A DNA stretch of 44,624 bases, counting the filler, from an uncultured virus (IMG/VR IMGVR_UViG_2061766007_003022) (Duplodnaviria; Heunggongvirae; Uroviricota; Caudoviricetes). It is 5 parts of one record of this genome, joined end to end, with 100 filler letters (N's around TTAATTAATTAA, not from the genome) between each part and the next. Parts side by side here need not be neighbours in the genome. Positions count along the whole stretch, not along the records: positions 1,674 to 16,275 come from IMGVR_UViG_2061766007_003022; positions 16,376 to 21,078 come from IMGVR_UViG_2061766007_003022; 3 more parts are not named here. The stretch is one strand, 5' to 3'. A program made the position numbers and the translations under genes. Positions 10,177 through 21,178 of this stretch are shown in pieces. The notes beneath the pieces were generated by a model, which saw only the letters and a list, made by a program, of their open reading frames with translations, had not been told where the DNA came from and did no database searches. Numbering within the stretch: position 1 is the first letter of the stretch; each line of letters begins with the position of its first letter.

Positions 10177-11507
10177 TTCGCCCCTCCGTTAACCATCTGC
10201 TTGGTAATTGCGGCAGCCAGGTCGTTGACTTCCTTGTATTCCTTTCCGAGCAGCCCGGAGTAACCGGTATTACTCACCATCGTCAATGTAGTTACCATGT
10301 CGGAGCTGGTAGTATCCACCGTACGGCCGAGAAGGCCTACGTTAGTCGTGGAGTTCTTGGTTATAGTCTTGCCCACGACGATATACTTAGCGGTGTATTC
10401 CGCGTCCGGAAGGAAGTCACCCTCACGCTTGTTTGTGGATTCGGCATAAAAGTGCATGCAGGCGCCAAGTTTCGGCCCAGTATGGTTGTACAGATTCAGT
10501 GTAACCTGCTTGGAATATTCAGCCAACATGTAGCGACGAACATACGGAGCAACAGCGTACATCTTGTGTGTATTCATCGGGAATGTCTTTACGACCTGCT
10601 GCTTGGAATACTTGCCGGTTTCCATGTAGTCCGGGTTTGCCCCCATGGTCTTCAGTATAGAAGCCCAGCATTCAGCCGCACAGTCACCAACTTCCTTCTC
10701 GCCGTTCGGCCCAAGGCTGTCTATGAACAGGTTGGGCGAACGGTCGGCCCTCAATGCTCCGGAGAGGTCCTCAGGGGAATATCCCGAGTAGTACCAAATC
10801 TTGGTATTGGAACCGGAAAGGTCCTTGTATGCGTTGCTTGTCGCCTGCACTGCGTCATGGGTATACATGAGGAAGCGCTTGTACGAAGAACCCTTGGACA
10901 GGTTGTATGTCCCAATCTTCACCTTGTTCATTCCCTCGTCGTATGCCCAGTAGGCAATATCCCCCGGGATGACACAGTGCTGCACTACGGTATCGAGATG
11001 CTCGGTAAGAGTCCCCTCGACGAACCTCCACACCATGCTGTCGCCGACCCCGTTCGGTCCCTTACTGTTTGTAACGTAGTCGACTACCTCCATGTTCGCC
11101 GTGTTGAACAGGCGATTCATGGCCTCTATGCTTGTCCCCTCGAACGCATCATTCTCCATCACGGCCTGGGTACGGTCGTAACCAACTTCGAACTCGATAT
11201 CGATGGCGGATACGCTTGCTGACAGCACCTTGCGGTCGGCCGTGGTTATGTATATCGGCATCACCCGTTCGTTACCGGAAGAATCTATGCCGACAAACGT
11301 GAGGGTACCGTAGGTGCCACTGGCAGGTGCTATGGTATTCTTANNNNNNNNNNNNNNNNNNNNAGGGAAATGGTTGAGCGTACAGTCCAAGGTAAATTCA
11401 GCAACCGCTGCGTCATTGTACATGACGAGGTTCTTGCGGTCGGCGCTACCTCCATTGGATATGCCGATGTTTACCGAATACCGCTCGCCTACCTTGGAAT
11501 GTGCCAT
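10173..11507 (-). CDS. Baseplate hub protein (gp27-like)
   Basis: 444 aa, beta-rich, between the gp53-like and gp5-like genes; ends with a typical hub C-terminus (AKYIVVGKTIT…TTLTMV). Confidence 0.55.
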   Translation of the reverse strand: MAHSKVGERYSVNIGISNGGSADRKNLVMYNDAAVAEFTLDCTLNHFPXXXXXXXKNTIAPASGTYGTLTFVGIDSSGNERVMPIYITTADRKVLSASVSAIDIEFEVGYDRTQAVMENDAFEGTSIEAMNRLFNTANMEVVDYVTNSKGPNGVGDSMVWRFVEGTLTEHLDTVVQHCVIPGDIAYWAYDEGMNKVKIGTYNLSKGSSYKRFLMYTHDAVQATSNAYKDLSGSNTKIWYYSGYSPEDLSGALRADRSPNLFIDSLGPNGEKEVGDCAAECWASILKTMGANPDYMETGKYSKQQVVKTFPMNTHKMYAVAPYVRRYMLAEYSKQVTLNLYNHTGPKLGACMHFYAESTNKREGDFLPDAEYTAKYIVVGKTITKNSTTNVGLLGRTVDTTSSDMVTTLTMVSNTGYSGLLGKEYKEVNDLAAAITKQMVNGGAK

Positions 11508-11947
11508 TAGTCTTCATCCTCTTCCTGAAGGGTATTGTACTTTTCAAACCACGCCACCGCACTGTCAGGAGAAGGGACGAACATTATCCTACCGTGGTCC
11601 ACGTCCGTAATATTTCCGTCAGTCACGTTTCCGTATGACTTCCAGTCCATCATGCCTAATACCCGAATATCGTCAATTTCCTTAGCAGCCTGCGGGGCAT
11701 CCTTAGGTTTTACCCCCCTCAAAACTAGCTCATTCTCAAGCGCCTCGGTAGCAGGCCGGATACCTGGCCTATTGGTCATGGTGTCTACTATACCATTGGC
11801 CGCAGCTAGAACCTTGTATGTCCTAGGTTCGGCATATCGCTCAGAGCAAATCAAGTCCAGTCGGCCGGTCTGGTAAGACGGCACGCTGAACGTGTCCACA
11901 TAGGCAAAATCCTTGCTTCTCAGTCGGGGAAATATTTCCTTTGCCAT
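11507..11947 (-). CDS. gp53/LysM-like baseplate wedge protein
   Basis: YQTGRLDLICSERY…YKVLAAANGI…G-x-I-x-x-P pattern. Confidence 0.7.
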   Translation of the reverse strand: MAKEIFPRLRSKDFAYVDTFSVPSYQTGRLDLICSERYAEPRTYKVLAAANGIVDTMTNRPGIRPATEALENELVLRGVKPKDAPQAAKEIDDIRVLGMMDWKSYGNVTDGNITDVDHGRIMFVPSPDSAVAWFEKYNTLQEEDED

Positions 11948-11950
11948 AAC

Positions 11951-13158
11951 TTACCTCTTGGTCTTCTTTTCCTTCTTATTCTTGGTCTTACTATCAGCCG
12001 GCTTAGAAAGCTCTGGGAGCGGCATACCGTTATTGTGCTCGTCAGTCTGCTGCTTGATTGACTTGCCGGCAGAATAACCGAAATTGAACAAATCATCACC
12101 CAAATATTGTACAAATCCCTTATTCGGGTCAGGAATCATCCACATTTCGAACGATATGTCCACATTTACAAACAATGGAATATTGCTTCCATCGGTCGTC
12201 ATGAACTGCTCTTTGCTTCCTGATACCTTGATGCCGGTAATTACCAGCGGCTCGATATCAAGCTGATGTCCCAGAGTCAATCGTACCGGAAGAGGGTTTA
12301 CCGTAAGGGAGCCACCAAAAAACTCGTTTAGCGAAATACCAGTATTAACAGCCTCGGTTATAACCTTGTTTACAATATTAGAATCCGCGATTCCAGCAAG
12401 CGCATGCGCACCGTTATCGGCAATAGTATCAAACCAACCACCAGTCGTATCACCAACAGCACTCCGGGTACCTTCACCTGCCTGATTAACCGAGGCCAAC
12501 TGTTTAGGTATCATACGCAAAGCCTCAGCAAGCTTGCTTCCAAAATTGTTACGGTTATCCATGTCAAAATTTCTGACATAGGCCATGCGGATTAACCTAG
12601 ACAATGATACTCTAGCCATATCTTCTTGCTCAGGNNNNNNNNNNNNNNNNNNNNTCTTGTTGAACTTGAAGTCAGCCTTGGTAAATTCCTTCATCGTGCA
12701 GGCACCAGTACTGTCATTGTTGAACCCCATCATACGGGTTCCCATCTTCATCATGTTGCTTCCTTTCTCCGCAGCCTCGGTCAACTTTCCGGTGACCATG
12801 CTACCTAGTGGAGAACTACCCAGTACAGGAATGCTCTTTATGATATTGGTCGCCATGTTGATGGTACCCTGGGTGGTATCCCAGTTTGCGGCTACATCAA
12901 ACCCGATGTCACCATTCTCGACCGGGTCAAAGAACGCATAGAACGGCTCGTTGGCATCAGGTGGCATCAGCGNNNNNNNNNNNNNNNNNNNNNNNNNNNN
13001 NNNAGGCTATGGAACTTTCCTAGATACCGTGCCTTCGCTTCAGGTGCAAGAACCTCAATTCTTACCACGTTCGGAAGCGGAAGGCTCGCGGAATGGTATT
13101 TCCTGTCCGTATGTAAAGGAAACTGCTTGTACCTGCTTACTGTCTTCTGGTTGGCCAT
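11951..13158 (-). CDS. gp48-like baseplate/tail-tube cap protein
   Basis: PLPVRLTLG…PLVITGIKVSGS…PLFVNVDISFE C-terminal pattern; starts MANQKT at 13158 and runs across a gap. Confidence 0.6.
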
Positions 13159-14976
13159 TTACTTCCTCCCTACCAGTGACTGGTCAATCTGTTGTCCGGT
13201 TGCCTTTGCGTTTTCAAGGTTCTGCTTCTGCACATCCTCGTCCAGCTGGGCCCGCTTGACTGCCCTATACATGGACTCCTCGTCCCGTGCAGCCTTTTGC
13301 TCGGCCGTCTCCACCTTGTCAGTATTCACCTTACTTCCCGGTGTAGCCGCGTTCGGTGCAGAGGTCTGAGCCGTATTGCCCGCAGTGGCGACCTTACCAC
13401 CAGAGCGGTCGTATTCTTCTTTGAACTTGTTCAGTGCTGCGGTATCGTTTACGTCTACGCCTGCAGACGNNNNNNNNNNNNNNNNNNNNNNGGTTTTTGC
13501 CAGTTCAAGCTGACGCTTCGACTCAGCCTCCTTGGCCTTCCTAGTAAGCTTGGTCTTCTCCGAAGTCCAGCCCAATGTTCTTCCCAACCAGGAATTCTCA
13601 AAGGATTCGCTTATACCGCTGGTCAAATCGTTGGATTCCTTGGCCAGCTCGTTATTGGCCTCGATACTCTCCTGAGTGGCATCACGCATGTCATTGTTCC
13701 AGCCCTTCTTCCTCTCCTCGTTGGCCTTCTTGGCGTTCTCGGTCATCGAGTCGATGTTGGCATTTGCCTCAGCCTTGGCATCCATCAGGTCCTTGAACTT
13801 CTTCCCGGCAAATGCTATAGTGCCTAACGCGGCAGCAACTGCCGCGCCACCGNNNNNNNNNNNNNNNNNNNNNNNNNNNNNNCGTCCAGCAGCTTTCCGC
13901 CATTGGCTTTTTTGAAGAACTTCGTGCCTTCCTGGTAGAACTCCGGGCGAAGCTGTGTATCCAGTCTACGTTCGATGTCGGCGGNNNNNNNNNNNNNNNN
14001 NNNNNNNNNNTGGACTGTTTGACTGTTTCCGGTTCCATACCTCCCGGTAACCTTCCAGTTGACATGCCGGCCGAATCCTTGTCTGCCGCACCGTCACCAG
14101 TCTTCGTAAACCGAGAACCGCTGGGATTGTTCATGGAATTGCCCAGCTTAGCGTAGTAGTCTTCCTTGTTGGTCGCAACCGTCGGCNNNNNNNNNNNNNN
14201 NNNNNNNNNNNNNNNNNNNNNNNNNNNNNNNNNNNNNNNNNNNNNNNNNNNNNNNNNNNNNNNNNNNNNNNNNNNNNNNNNNNNNNNNNNNNCATCAATT
14301 TTTCGACTTCTTCCTCGTTTCCGTCGGAAGACCTTGCCTTCCTTATCTTGGCCTCCAGCCGACTCTTTTCCTGCATGTCGCGGGCAATCGAGTCGCGGTC
14401 CTTCTTGGTGGCCTTCTCTTCCTTGATGACATCCCGGTCCTGGAACTTGTGCTTGAGCTTGTTGACAAACCCGAACCCCATGAAGTCAAGCGCCTTCTCT
14501 CCGGTAGTACGGGCGTCGCCTTCTCTGACTGCCTGCTTTATGGTGGCAGTCGAGAACGCTTCCTGAAGCTGCTTCTTGACATCCGATGATGTAAATGCCT
14601 TGGATATCGCCCTGGCCTGGATTTCCTCCGGTTTCTCCGGCGTAGAGGCGAATGCGGCCTCCCAGAACCCCGCCTGGCCCCTTTCCGGACCACGGGCACC
14701 CATGGCCATCTTCCGGGCCTCCTCGTTCTGCTGCCTGGCTTCCTCGTAGGCACGCTTATCGGCATCGTTCCTCTGCATCGACCCGAACATGATGTTGGAC
14801 ATGTTCTGGAAGAACTGGCTCTTCTCGTCAGTCATCACCTTGGAAAAATCATCTATACTGGTCTTGAAGCCCTCCATTATGGAACTAAGACCAGTAAGCT
14901 TCTGCTCGATAGCCTTTATCGTCTCCTGTTCTGCCGCTACTGCCGCCGAAGTCTTTACCTGTGCGTTATCTGCCAT
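13159..14976 (-). CDS. Probable tape measure protein (gp29-like), ~600 aa, split by gaps
   Basis: Helical, A/K/E-rich with a GGAAVAAALG segment; lies directly upstream of the gp48/gp53/hub genes; GAGGA precedes the ATG at 14976. Confidence 0.6.
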
Positions 14977-14997
14977 GGGGATTATCCTCAATTCGGT

Positions 14998-15004
14998 AGT
15001 TTAT
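14998..15004 (-). promoter_or_regulatory. ATAAACT putative late promoter
   Basis: Reads TATAAACT upstream of the tape measure gene; the same core precedes the sheath, ankyrin and giant-protein genes. Confidence 0.6.
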
Positions 15005-15125
15005 ACCCGAAAGGGCCGNNNNNNNNNNNNNNNNNNNNNNNNNNNNNNNNNNNNNNNNNNNNNNNNNNNNNNNNNNNNNNNNNNNNNNNNNNNNNNNNNN
15101 NNNNNNNNNNNNNNNNNNNNNNNNN

Positions 15126-15471
15126 TCCACGAGCACCCGTCCCGGTGCGGCGAAACGGCACTTGTCGTATCCGTGGGGGACTATTATCAGGTGCTCATTG
15201 TCAATGTCGGTATTCCAGTGCACCCACAGGGTCTTGCCCTTGACACCGGCAGGAANNNNNNNNNNNNNNNNNNNNNNNNNNNNNNNNNNNNNNNNNNNNN
15301 NNNNNNNNNNNNNNNNNNNNNNNNNNNNNNNNNNNNNNNNNNNNNNNNNNNNNNNNNNNNNNNNNNNNNNNNNNNNNNNNNNNNNNNNNNNNNNNNNNNN
15401 NNNNNNNNNNNNNNNNGCCCGTCAAAGTTCACCATGACGCCGTCCATGTCTATGTAGAGCCTGTCTATCAT
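15126..15471 (-). CDS. HAD-family 5'(3')-deoxyribonucleotidase; 3' end in gap
   Basis: LYIDMDGVMVNFD (DxDGV), GKTLWV…, K…A.PGRVLVD. Confidence 0.8.
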
Positions 15472-15476
15472 ACCGG

Positions 15477-15488
15477 CAAATATAGCAA
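15477..15488 (-). promoter_or_regulatory. TTGCTATATTTG promoter (TAnnTTTG type)
   Basis: caaatatagcaa immediately upstream of the HAD gene ATG; the same motif precedes gp47, RNase H and gp46. Confidence 0.7.
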
Positions 15489-15489
15489 T

Positions 15490-15656
15490 CTATCCAAAAT
15501 TGGACAGTTCCTCCCCCTGGTCCGGCATGTAGTGCTCTGCAGTAAACCGCTTTGCCGCATACCTTGCAAGTTCAAGGAACTCCGAGAAGAACATCTTGTC
15601 GCAGTCAGCAAACGTATTGGACGTCATCTCGGATATGATGCACTTGTTCTTTACCA
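15490..15656 (-). CDS. gp51-like baseplate hub assembly protein (separate gene or tail of the gp26-like gene)
   Basis: KCIISEMTSNTFADCDKMFFSEFLEL resembles gp51-type small chaperones; the junction is hidden in an N gap. Confidence 0.5.
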
Positions 15657-15692
15657 NNNNNNNNNNNNNNNNNNNNNNNNNNNNNNNNNNNN

Positions 15693-16275
15693 AGTACGGC
15701 ACATGAGCCACACCTCCGCACTTCGGGCATTTAACGTTGATGAAGGTCTTGGATACCACCTGCGCATCGTATACAGCCTTGAGGAAATCCTTCCGCTTAG
15801 ACAGCGGGTATTCCTCAAGGAACTTAATCTTCTCGCTCATGGTATCGCAGTCCTCTATCTCGACAAACGACGCTATGCTAGTATTGAACGCCCGGTAAAC
15901 CGGATAAATCTTCCTGTTGGCTTTCTCCCAGCCATCCATGTATTCCGCTATTGCCCGGTCATGCTTCCTACGGCGCAGGTAGATTGCACACTCCCTTCCG
16001 TCGAACATAGTATACCTGACGAATCCCTCAGCAGCATGCATGGCANNNNNNNNNNNNNNNNNNNNNNNNNNNNNNNNNGAAACCGAGACGTCCGAGCATA
16101 TCCAGTTGCTCCCGGTCAGTCACATATGTACCACAGTGCTCACACTTGAATTTCACCTTCGGCAACGACTCGGTCAAATAGGTGGACTCTCTCAGCCAAT
16201 AAACAAGGCACTCCTCGTCGGCAGACAGGATATCCTCAGGATTAATCCCGCGAATCCTACGGCCGAGTATAGCCG
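15693..16275 (-). CDS. C-terminal part of a gp26-like baseplate hub assembly chaperone
   Basis: IRGINPEDILSADEECLVYWLRESTY…FKCEHCG…VKCPKCG (two CxxCG knuckles). Confidence 0.75.
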
Positions 16276-16443
16276 NNNNNNNNNNNNNNNNNNNNNNNNN
16301 NNNNNNNNNNNNNNNNNNNTTAATTAATTAANNNNNNNNNNNNNNNNNNNNNNNNNNNNNNNNNNNNNNNNNNNNTCCGGTAGCCAGGAGCTGACGGGTC
16401 TCCTCGCTGAACCGGTTGGTATCATACTGTTTGAATTCTTCGC

Positions 16444-16716
16444 TCATGTGATTGAACTCCCCATGGTGTAGATGTATCTGGGGCCCTTGTACTGGCCCCC
16501 GTTGGCGAGAGTCAGTTCGACCTCCTCGCCCCGGTCCCCGGCCATAAGTTCGTCAATGTAAGCGCCTGCTTCTTCCGGGGTATCAAATCGTTTATCAAGT
16601 ATCACCGGAGCCACGACATCCCTATCCGAGTAAGAAAGGGACCGGCCCGGTCTTTCCGGGTCGGCCTCAAGGCTCCTGACGTCGTATTTCACGGCGTAGT
16701 AATTATTCCTTGGCAT
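16444..16716 (-). CDS. Hypothetical 90-aa protein (strain copy A)
   Basis: Conserved with 18472-18744; overlaps the genes on both sides. Confidence 0.75.
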   Translation of the reverse strand: MPRNNYYAVKYDVRSLEADPERPGRSLSYSDRDVVAPVILDKRFDTPEEAGAYIDELMAGDRGEEVELTLANGGQYKGPRYIYTMGSSIT

Positions 16717-17922
16717 CTTCTTCAGCCTTCTTTGACTTGGCCATAGCCTCGTCGAAGCGTCCCTTCATCTCGGTGCTGACCCTGCGGCCGAGCATCGCGT
16801 GGAAGAACCCTGCGAGAACCTGCGGGTCGGAAACAAGACGATGCTCGAGGAGGCTCCTCTGCTTAGTGTAAGCCTCGTCCCAGTTGACTGTAATGCGCCA
16901 CTTCTCGATACGGTCCTTCAGTTCCTTGACCTTGGTCTCCTCACTGAAGATGAAGTCCTCGCCAGTCTCATTGCAAAGGTGGATTCCCTTGGCGAAACCG
17001 GCCTTCTCAATCTGGGCGAACACGACGGAACCTGCGGAAATAGCAAGGAGCGCATCGGTATCGGTAATGGTGACGTTGTAGATGTCATCGGCATAGTCGT
17101 CCGGGCCGGTAAGGATAACGAAGTCAAACCCGGCATCGCGCTCAATCGACATGGTCTCCGCCATGTTGTCGGCGGTAACGTACGGGTTTGCCCAGTGCAT
17201 CAGGTTACGGACAAGCGGGCCTTCCTTCTTGCTGCGCGGACGGAGAAGTTCCATCAGGCGCTGGTCGAGCTCGCCAACAGTACAAATGGTGAAGTCATAT
17301 TCGTCCGTACCGTGAATGATAAAGTTCTGGACGTTCTTCGGGATTTCCGTTCCCTTGACGAGAATCTTCGGCTTGTTGATGACNNNNNNNNNNNNNNNNN
17401 NNNNNNNNNNNNNNNGGGAGGACACGAAACTCGGGATAATCTGGATATCCTTCTCCTCGTCGGCAAGCTGGAGCTGGACGAGGGCGGTACGCATCTCGTT
17501 GTTCGGAACGACAACCGTATCGGCGTAGCTCACGCAGTCGGCAACCGTACGGGCCTCGATAATCGAGCGGTTACGGGCGGCCGGGGCATCCCATACGAAC
17601 TCGTCGAGCGAGTAGACGACATGGGTGAGGAGGGAACGATACTCGTTTGCCTCCTTGTCGAACTGTGCGCGGAGGTCGCCGGAAAGGCTCTTCGCCTCGT
17701 CACGCCAACCCGGTTCCTTGCGGTCGAAGGTTTCTCCGATGAGGGCGAGAAGCGTGTCATTGAACTGNNNNNNNNNNNNNNNNNNNNNNNNNNNNNGGCT
17801 CGGCCTGGACTTGCAGAAGGTCTTGCTGTCCATAGTCGTGACTGACACACTCGCGATGGAGTTGTAGAACGACTTGAACTGCTGCATGGCCGGGAGGCCA
17901 CGCACGCATGACAGGCGGGAGG
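16703..17922 (-). CDS. GT4-like protein (strain copy A, partial)
   Basis: Near-identical to 18731-20071. Confidence 0.75.
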
Positions 17923-18095
17923 NNNNNNNNNNNNNNNNNNNNNNNNNNNNNNNNNNNNNNNNNNNNNNNNNNNNNNNNNNNNNNNNNNNNNNNNNNNNNN
18001 NNNNNNNNNNNNNNNNNNNNNNNNNNNNNNNNNNNNNNNNNNNNNNNNNNNNNNNNNNNNNNNNNNNNNNNNNNNNNNNNNNNNNNNNNNNNNNN

Positions 18096-18365
18096 TCCGG
18101 ACCAGAAAGTAGGCAACTGCTCTGGGAACTTGTCCATGTACATGCTAGCCATCGTGAGATTGTCTGCTCCCAGCAGCTTCCGGGCCTCCTCGTCGTCCAC
18201 CCTGCGGGCATCGTCAATGTCACCGGCGGCACCCCCGTAGCATACGGTGTTGACATATATCGGATGGGCGTCCATCAGCACCTTCTTGCGGGCGACGGCC
18301 TCGTCGAAGTTGCGACCGTTCAAGGAGAAGTACCTCACGATGCAGTTGGACAGGTCGCCGAGACC
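18096..18365 (-). CDS. gp47 C-terminal fragment (strain copy A)
   Basis: GLGDLSNCIVRYFS…, the same as 20120-20446. Confidence 0.65.
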
Positions 18366-18375
18366 NNNNNNNNNN

Positions 18376-18475
18376 TTGATTCCTGGGCGGCAAGCGCGGA
18401 CATGCCGGTAGCCAGAAGTTGACGTGTCTCCTCGCTGAACCTGGCGGTATCGTACTGATTGAATTCTTCGCTCAT
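18376..18475 (-). CDS. N-terminus of a gene (MSEEFNQYDT…), probably the gp26-like gene; copy at 16376-16447
   Basis: ATGA overlap with the 90-aa gene stop in both strain copies. Confidence 0.6.
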
Positions 18476-18744
18476 GTAATTGAACTCCCCATGCTGTAAA
18501 AGTATCTGGGACCCTTGTAATGTCCCCCGTTCGCGAGGGTCAGCTCTATCTCCTCGCCACGGTCTCCGGCCATCAGCTCGTCGATATACGCCTGTGCCGA
18601 TTCCGGAGTGTCAAATCGTTTATCTATTATCTCTGGCGCCGTGATGTCACTATTCGCGTAAGAAAGGGACCGGCCCGGTCTTTCCGGGTCGGCCTCGAAG
18701 CTCCTGACGTCGTATTTTACAGCGTAATAGTTAAACGTCGCCAT
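18472..18744 (-). CDS. Hypothetical 90-aa protein (strain copy B)
   Basis: Complete ORF, conserved in both strains. Confidence 0.75.
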   Translation of the reverse strand: MATFNYYAVKYDVRSFEADPERPGRSLSYANSDITAPEIIDKRFDTPESAQAYIDELMAGDRGEEIELTLANGGHYKGPRYFYSMGSSIT

Positions 18745-20071
18745 TTTCTTCAGCCTTCTTTGACTTGGCCATAGCCTCGTCGAAACGGCCCTTCATCTCG
18801 GTGCTGACCCTGCGGCCGAGCATCGCGTGGAAGAACCCGGCGAGCACCTGCGGGTCGGACACCAGGCGGTGTTCGAGGAGGGTGCGCTGCTTGGTATAGG
18901 CCTCGTCCCAGTTTACCGTGATGCGCCATTTCTCGATGCGGTCCTTCAGCTCCTTGACCTTGGTCTCCTCGCTGAACACGAAGTTCTCGCCGGTCTCGTT
19001 GCATAGGTGAATTCCCTTGGCGAACCCGGCCTTCTCAATCTGGGCGAACACGACGGAACCAGACGATATGGCGAGAAGGGCATCCGTATCGGTGATGGTG
19101 ACATTATAGATGTCGTCGGCATAGTCGTCCGGTCCGGTAAGGATTACGAAGTCGAAGCCGGCATCGCGTTCCATAGCCATGGTCTCGGCCATGTTGTCTG
19201 CCGTGACGTACGGGTTGGCCCAGTGCATCATGTTGCGGACAAGCGGTCCTTCCTTCTTGCTGCGCGGACGGAGAAGGTCCATCAGGCGCTGGTCGAGCTC
19301 GCCGACCGTGCAGATGGTGAAGTCGTAGTCGTCCGTGCCGTGGATGATGAAGTTCTGCACGTTCTTAGGAATTTCGGTTCCCTTGACCAGAATCTTCGGC
19401 CGGTTGATTACCGTGGACCCGGTCTTGGACTTGAGGAAAATCTTGTGCGTCGGATAGAACTGGGAGGACACGAAGCTCGGGATAATCTGGATATCCTTGT
19501 CCTCGTCGGCCAGCTGGAGCTGCACGAGCGCGGTACGCATCTCGTTGTTCGGCACGACCACGGTATCCGCATAGCTGACACAGTCGGCAACGGTGCGGGC
19601 CTCGATGATGGTGCGGTTGCGGGCGGCCGGGGCATCCCACACGAACTCGTCGAGCGAGTATACGACGTGCGTGAGGAGTGAACGGTACTCGTTTGCCTCC
19701 TTGTCGAACTGAGCGCGAAGGTCGCCGGAAAGGGCCTTGGCCTCATCACGCCACCCAGGTTCCTTGCGGTCGAAGGACTCGCCGATAAGTGCAAGCAACG
19801 TGTCGTTGAACTGGCGGTTAATTACGTTGTCGACCCATACAATGCCGAAGCTATCGAGGTTCGGCCTGGACTTGCAGAAGGTCTTGCTGTCCATAGTCGT
19901 GACGGACACGCTCGTAATGGAGCTGTAGAACGACTTGAACTGCTGCATCGCGGTAAGCCCGCGGACGCATGACAGGCGGGAGGTGTTGTCCCCGACGTAG
20001 AGGACGTTGAACTCGCGCTTCTTCTCGAGAAGCTCGCCGATTCGTGTTTCAATCTTCTTTGAAAAGTCCAT
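18731..20071 (-). CDS. Divergent GT-B fold (GT4-like) glycosyltransferase homologue
   Basis: VYSLDEFVWDAP…N, ADTVVVPNNEMR, IQIIPSFV, RPKILVKGT and FDFVIL…DDIYN follow the layout of phage GT4-type enzymes. Confidence 0.55.
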   Translation of the reverse strand: MDFSKKIETRIGELLEKKREFNVLYVGDNTSRLSCVRGLTAMQQFKSFYSSITSVSVTTMDSKTFCKSRPNLDSFGIVWVDNVINRQFNDTLLALIGESFDRKEPGWRDEAKALSGDLRAQFDKEANEYRSLLTHVVYSLDEFVWDAPAARNRTIIEARTVADCVSYADTVVVPNNEMRTALVQLQLADEDKDIQIIPSFVSSQFYPTHKIFLKSKTGSTVINRPKILVKGTEIPKNVQNFIIHGTDDYDFTICTVGELDQRLMDLLRPRSKKEGPLVRNMMHWANPYVTADNMAETMAMERDAGFDFVILTGPDDYADDIYNVTITDTDALLAISSGSVVFAQIEKAGFAKGIHLCNETGENFVFSEETKVKELKDRIEKWRITVNWDEAYTKQRTLLEHRLVSDPQVLAGFFHAMLGRRVSTEMKGRFDEAMAKSKKAEENGDV

Positions 20072-20102
20072 AATGCAAAAGTTTCCTTGCTCTTTGCTCA
20101 GG

Positions 20103-20110
20103 AAACTAGT
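20103..20110 (-). promoter_or_regulatory. ACTAGTTT upstream motif (class 3)
   Basis: Intergenic, upstream of the GT4-like gene. Confidence 0.55.
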
Positions 20111-20119
20111 GCATTTACG

Positions 20120-20446
20120 TTAGATTTTTTCGCCGTACGTGCTCAAAATCTGCATAATCTTCTTTTTCGGGTCCTCACCGGACCAGAAATTGGGCAACTG
20201 CTCCGGATACTTGTCCATGTACATGCTCGCCATGGTGAGGTTGTCCGCCCCCAGTAGCTTCCGGGCCTCCTCGTCATCCACCCTGCGGGCATCGTCGATG
20301 TCACCGGCGGCACCCCCGTAGCATACGGTGTTTACGTATATCGGGTGGGCGTCCATCAGCACCTTCTTGCGGGCGACGGCCTCGTCGAAGTTGCGTCCGT
20401 TCAAGGAGAAGTACCTCACGATGCAGTTGGACAGGTCGCCGAGACC
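20120..20446 (-). CDS. C-terminal part of the gp47 nuclease
   Basis: gp47 breaks at …FIDVDDEHLE (21179) and this piece starts GLGDLSNCIVRYF, a natural continuation. Confidence 0.65.
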   Translation of the reverse strand, partial: GLGDLSNCIVRYFSLNGRNFDEAVARKKVLMDAHPIYVNTVCYGGAAGDIDDARRVDDEEARKLLGADNLTMASMYMDKYPEQLPNFWSGEDPKKKIMQILSTYGEKI

Positions 20447-20456
20447 NNNNNNNNNN

Positions 20457-21078
20457 CGTCCGGGTCCATTGCACTGAGCATGTCGGCATCTACCGTAGTA
20501 AGCCCCTGACCGAACAGCCTGTCCGAGTAGAACAGTCCCTTGGTGGGGAACCCAGTAATCTCGCTGAACGCGGAAAAATCCCTATCCGGCACTCCCGGGT
20601 CGAACGGTGCAGGACTGACTGCATGCACTACGGTAGGCTCGACCAGCGGATTCCTCTCAGGTACTTCCACTTCCGGCATATCTTCCTGTTCTTCCTCTAC
20701 GGCATCCGGGTCAATCTCGTTATCCCAGGACGATTCTTCCGGAATAGACTGTGGTGCCGACTGCGGAGGAATATAAGTAAACGCCTGCGGTTGCTGTACC
20801 GGCGGATGCGGCTGCATTACCTGTGGCGGAACATAACTGTACTGCGGAGGCAACGGGGCAGGCTCCTGTTGCTGTACCGGCGGATACGGCTGCATTGCTT
20901 GTGGCGGAACATAACTGTACTGCGGAGGCAACGGGGCAGGCTGCGGAGGCTGCTGCATATGGGTCTGCACCTGGTTAAACTGAGCCTGCTGGGCAAATAC
21001 AGGATTCTGCTCCTGTGGCATCTGAGCCTGCATTGGCCTGGCGTCATATGCATTAGGGTGCACCGTGTCATGCGAATC
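20457..21078 (-). CDS. Gln/Pro-rich region and start of the gp26-like domain (displaced fragment)
   Basis: Q/P-rich tract followed by EITGFPTKGLFY…GLTTVDADML, a variant of the LPSxG..Y motif of gp26-type chaperones. Confidence 0.65.
20790..20942 (-). repeat. 78-bp tandem duplication (26 aa, PAPLPPQYSYVPPQxMQPxPPVQQ)
   Basis: gttgctgtaccggcggat recurs at 20790 and 20868. Confidence 0.9.
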
Positions 21079-21178
21079 NNNNNNNNNNNNNNNNNNNNNN
21101 NNNNNNNNNNNNNNNNNNNNNNTTAATTAATTAANNNNNNNNNNNNNNNNNNNNNNNNNNNNNNNNNNNNNNNNNNNN

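Larger units (their letters stand above)
16376..18365 (-). repeat. Second-strain copy of 18376-20446 (gp26 start, 90-aa ORF, GT4-like gene, gp47 C-terminus)
   Basis: Collinear near-identical proteins with mostly synonymous changes, separated by a 10-N junction. Confidence 0.9.
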
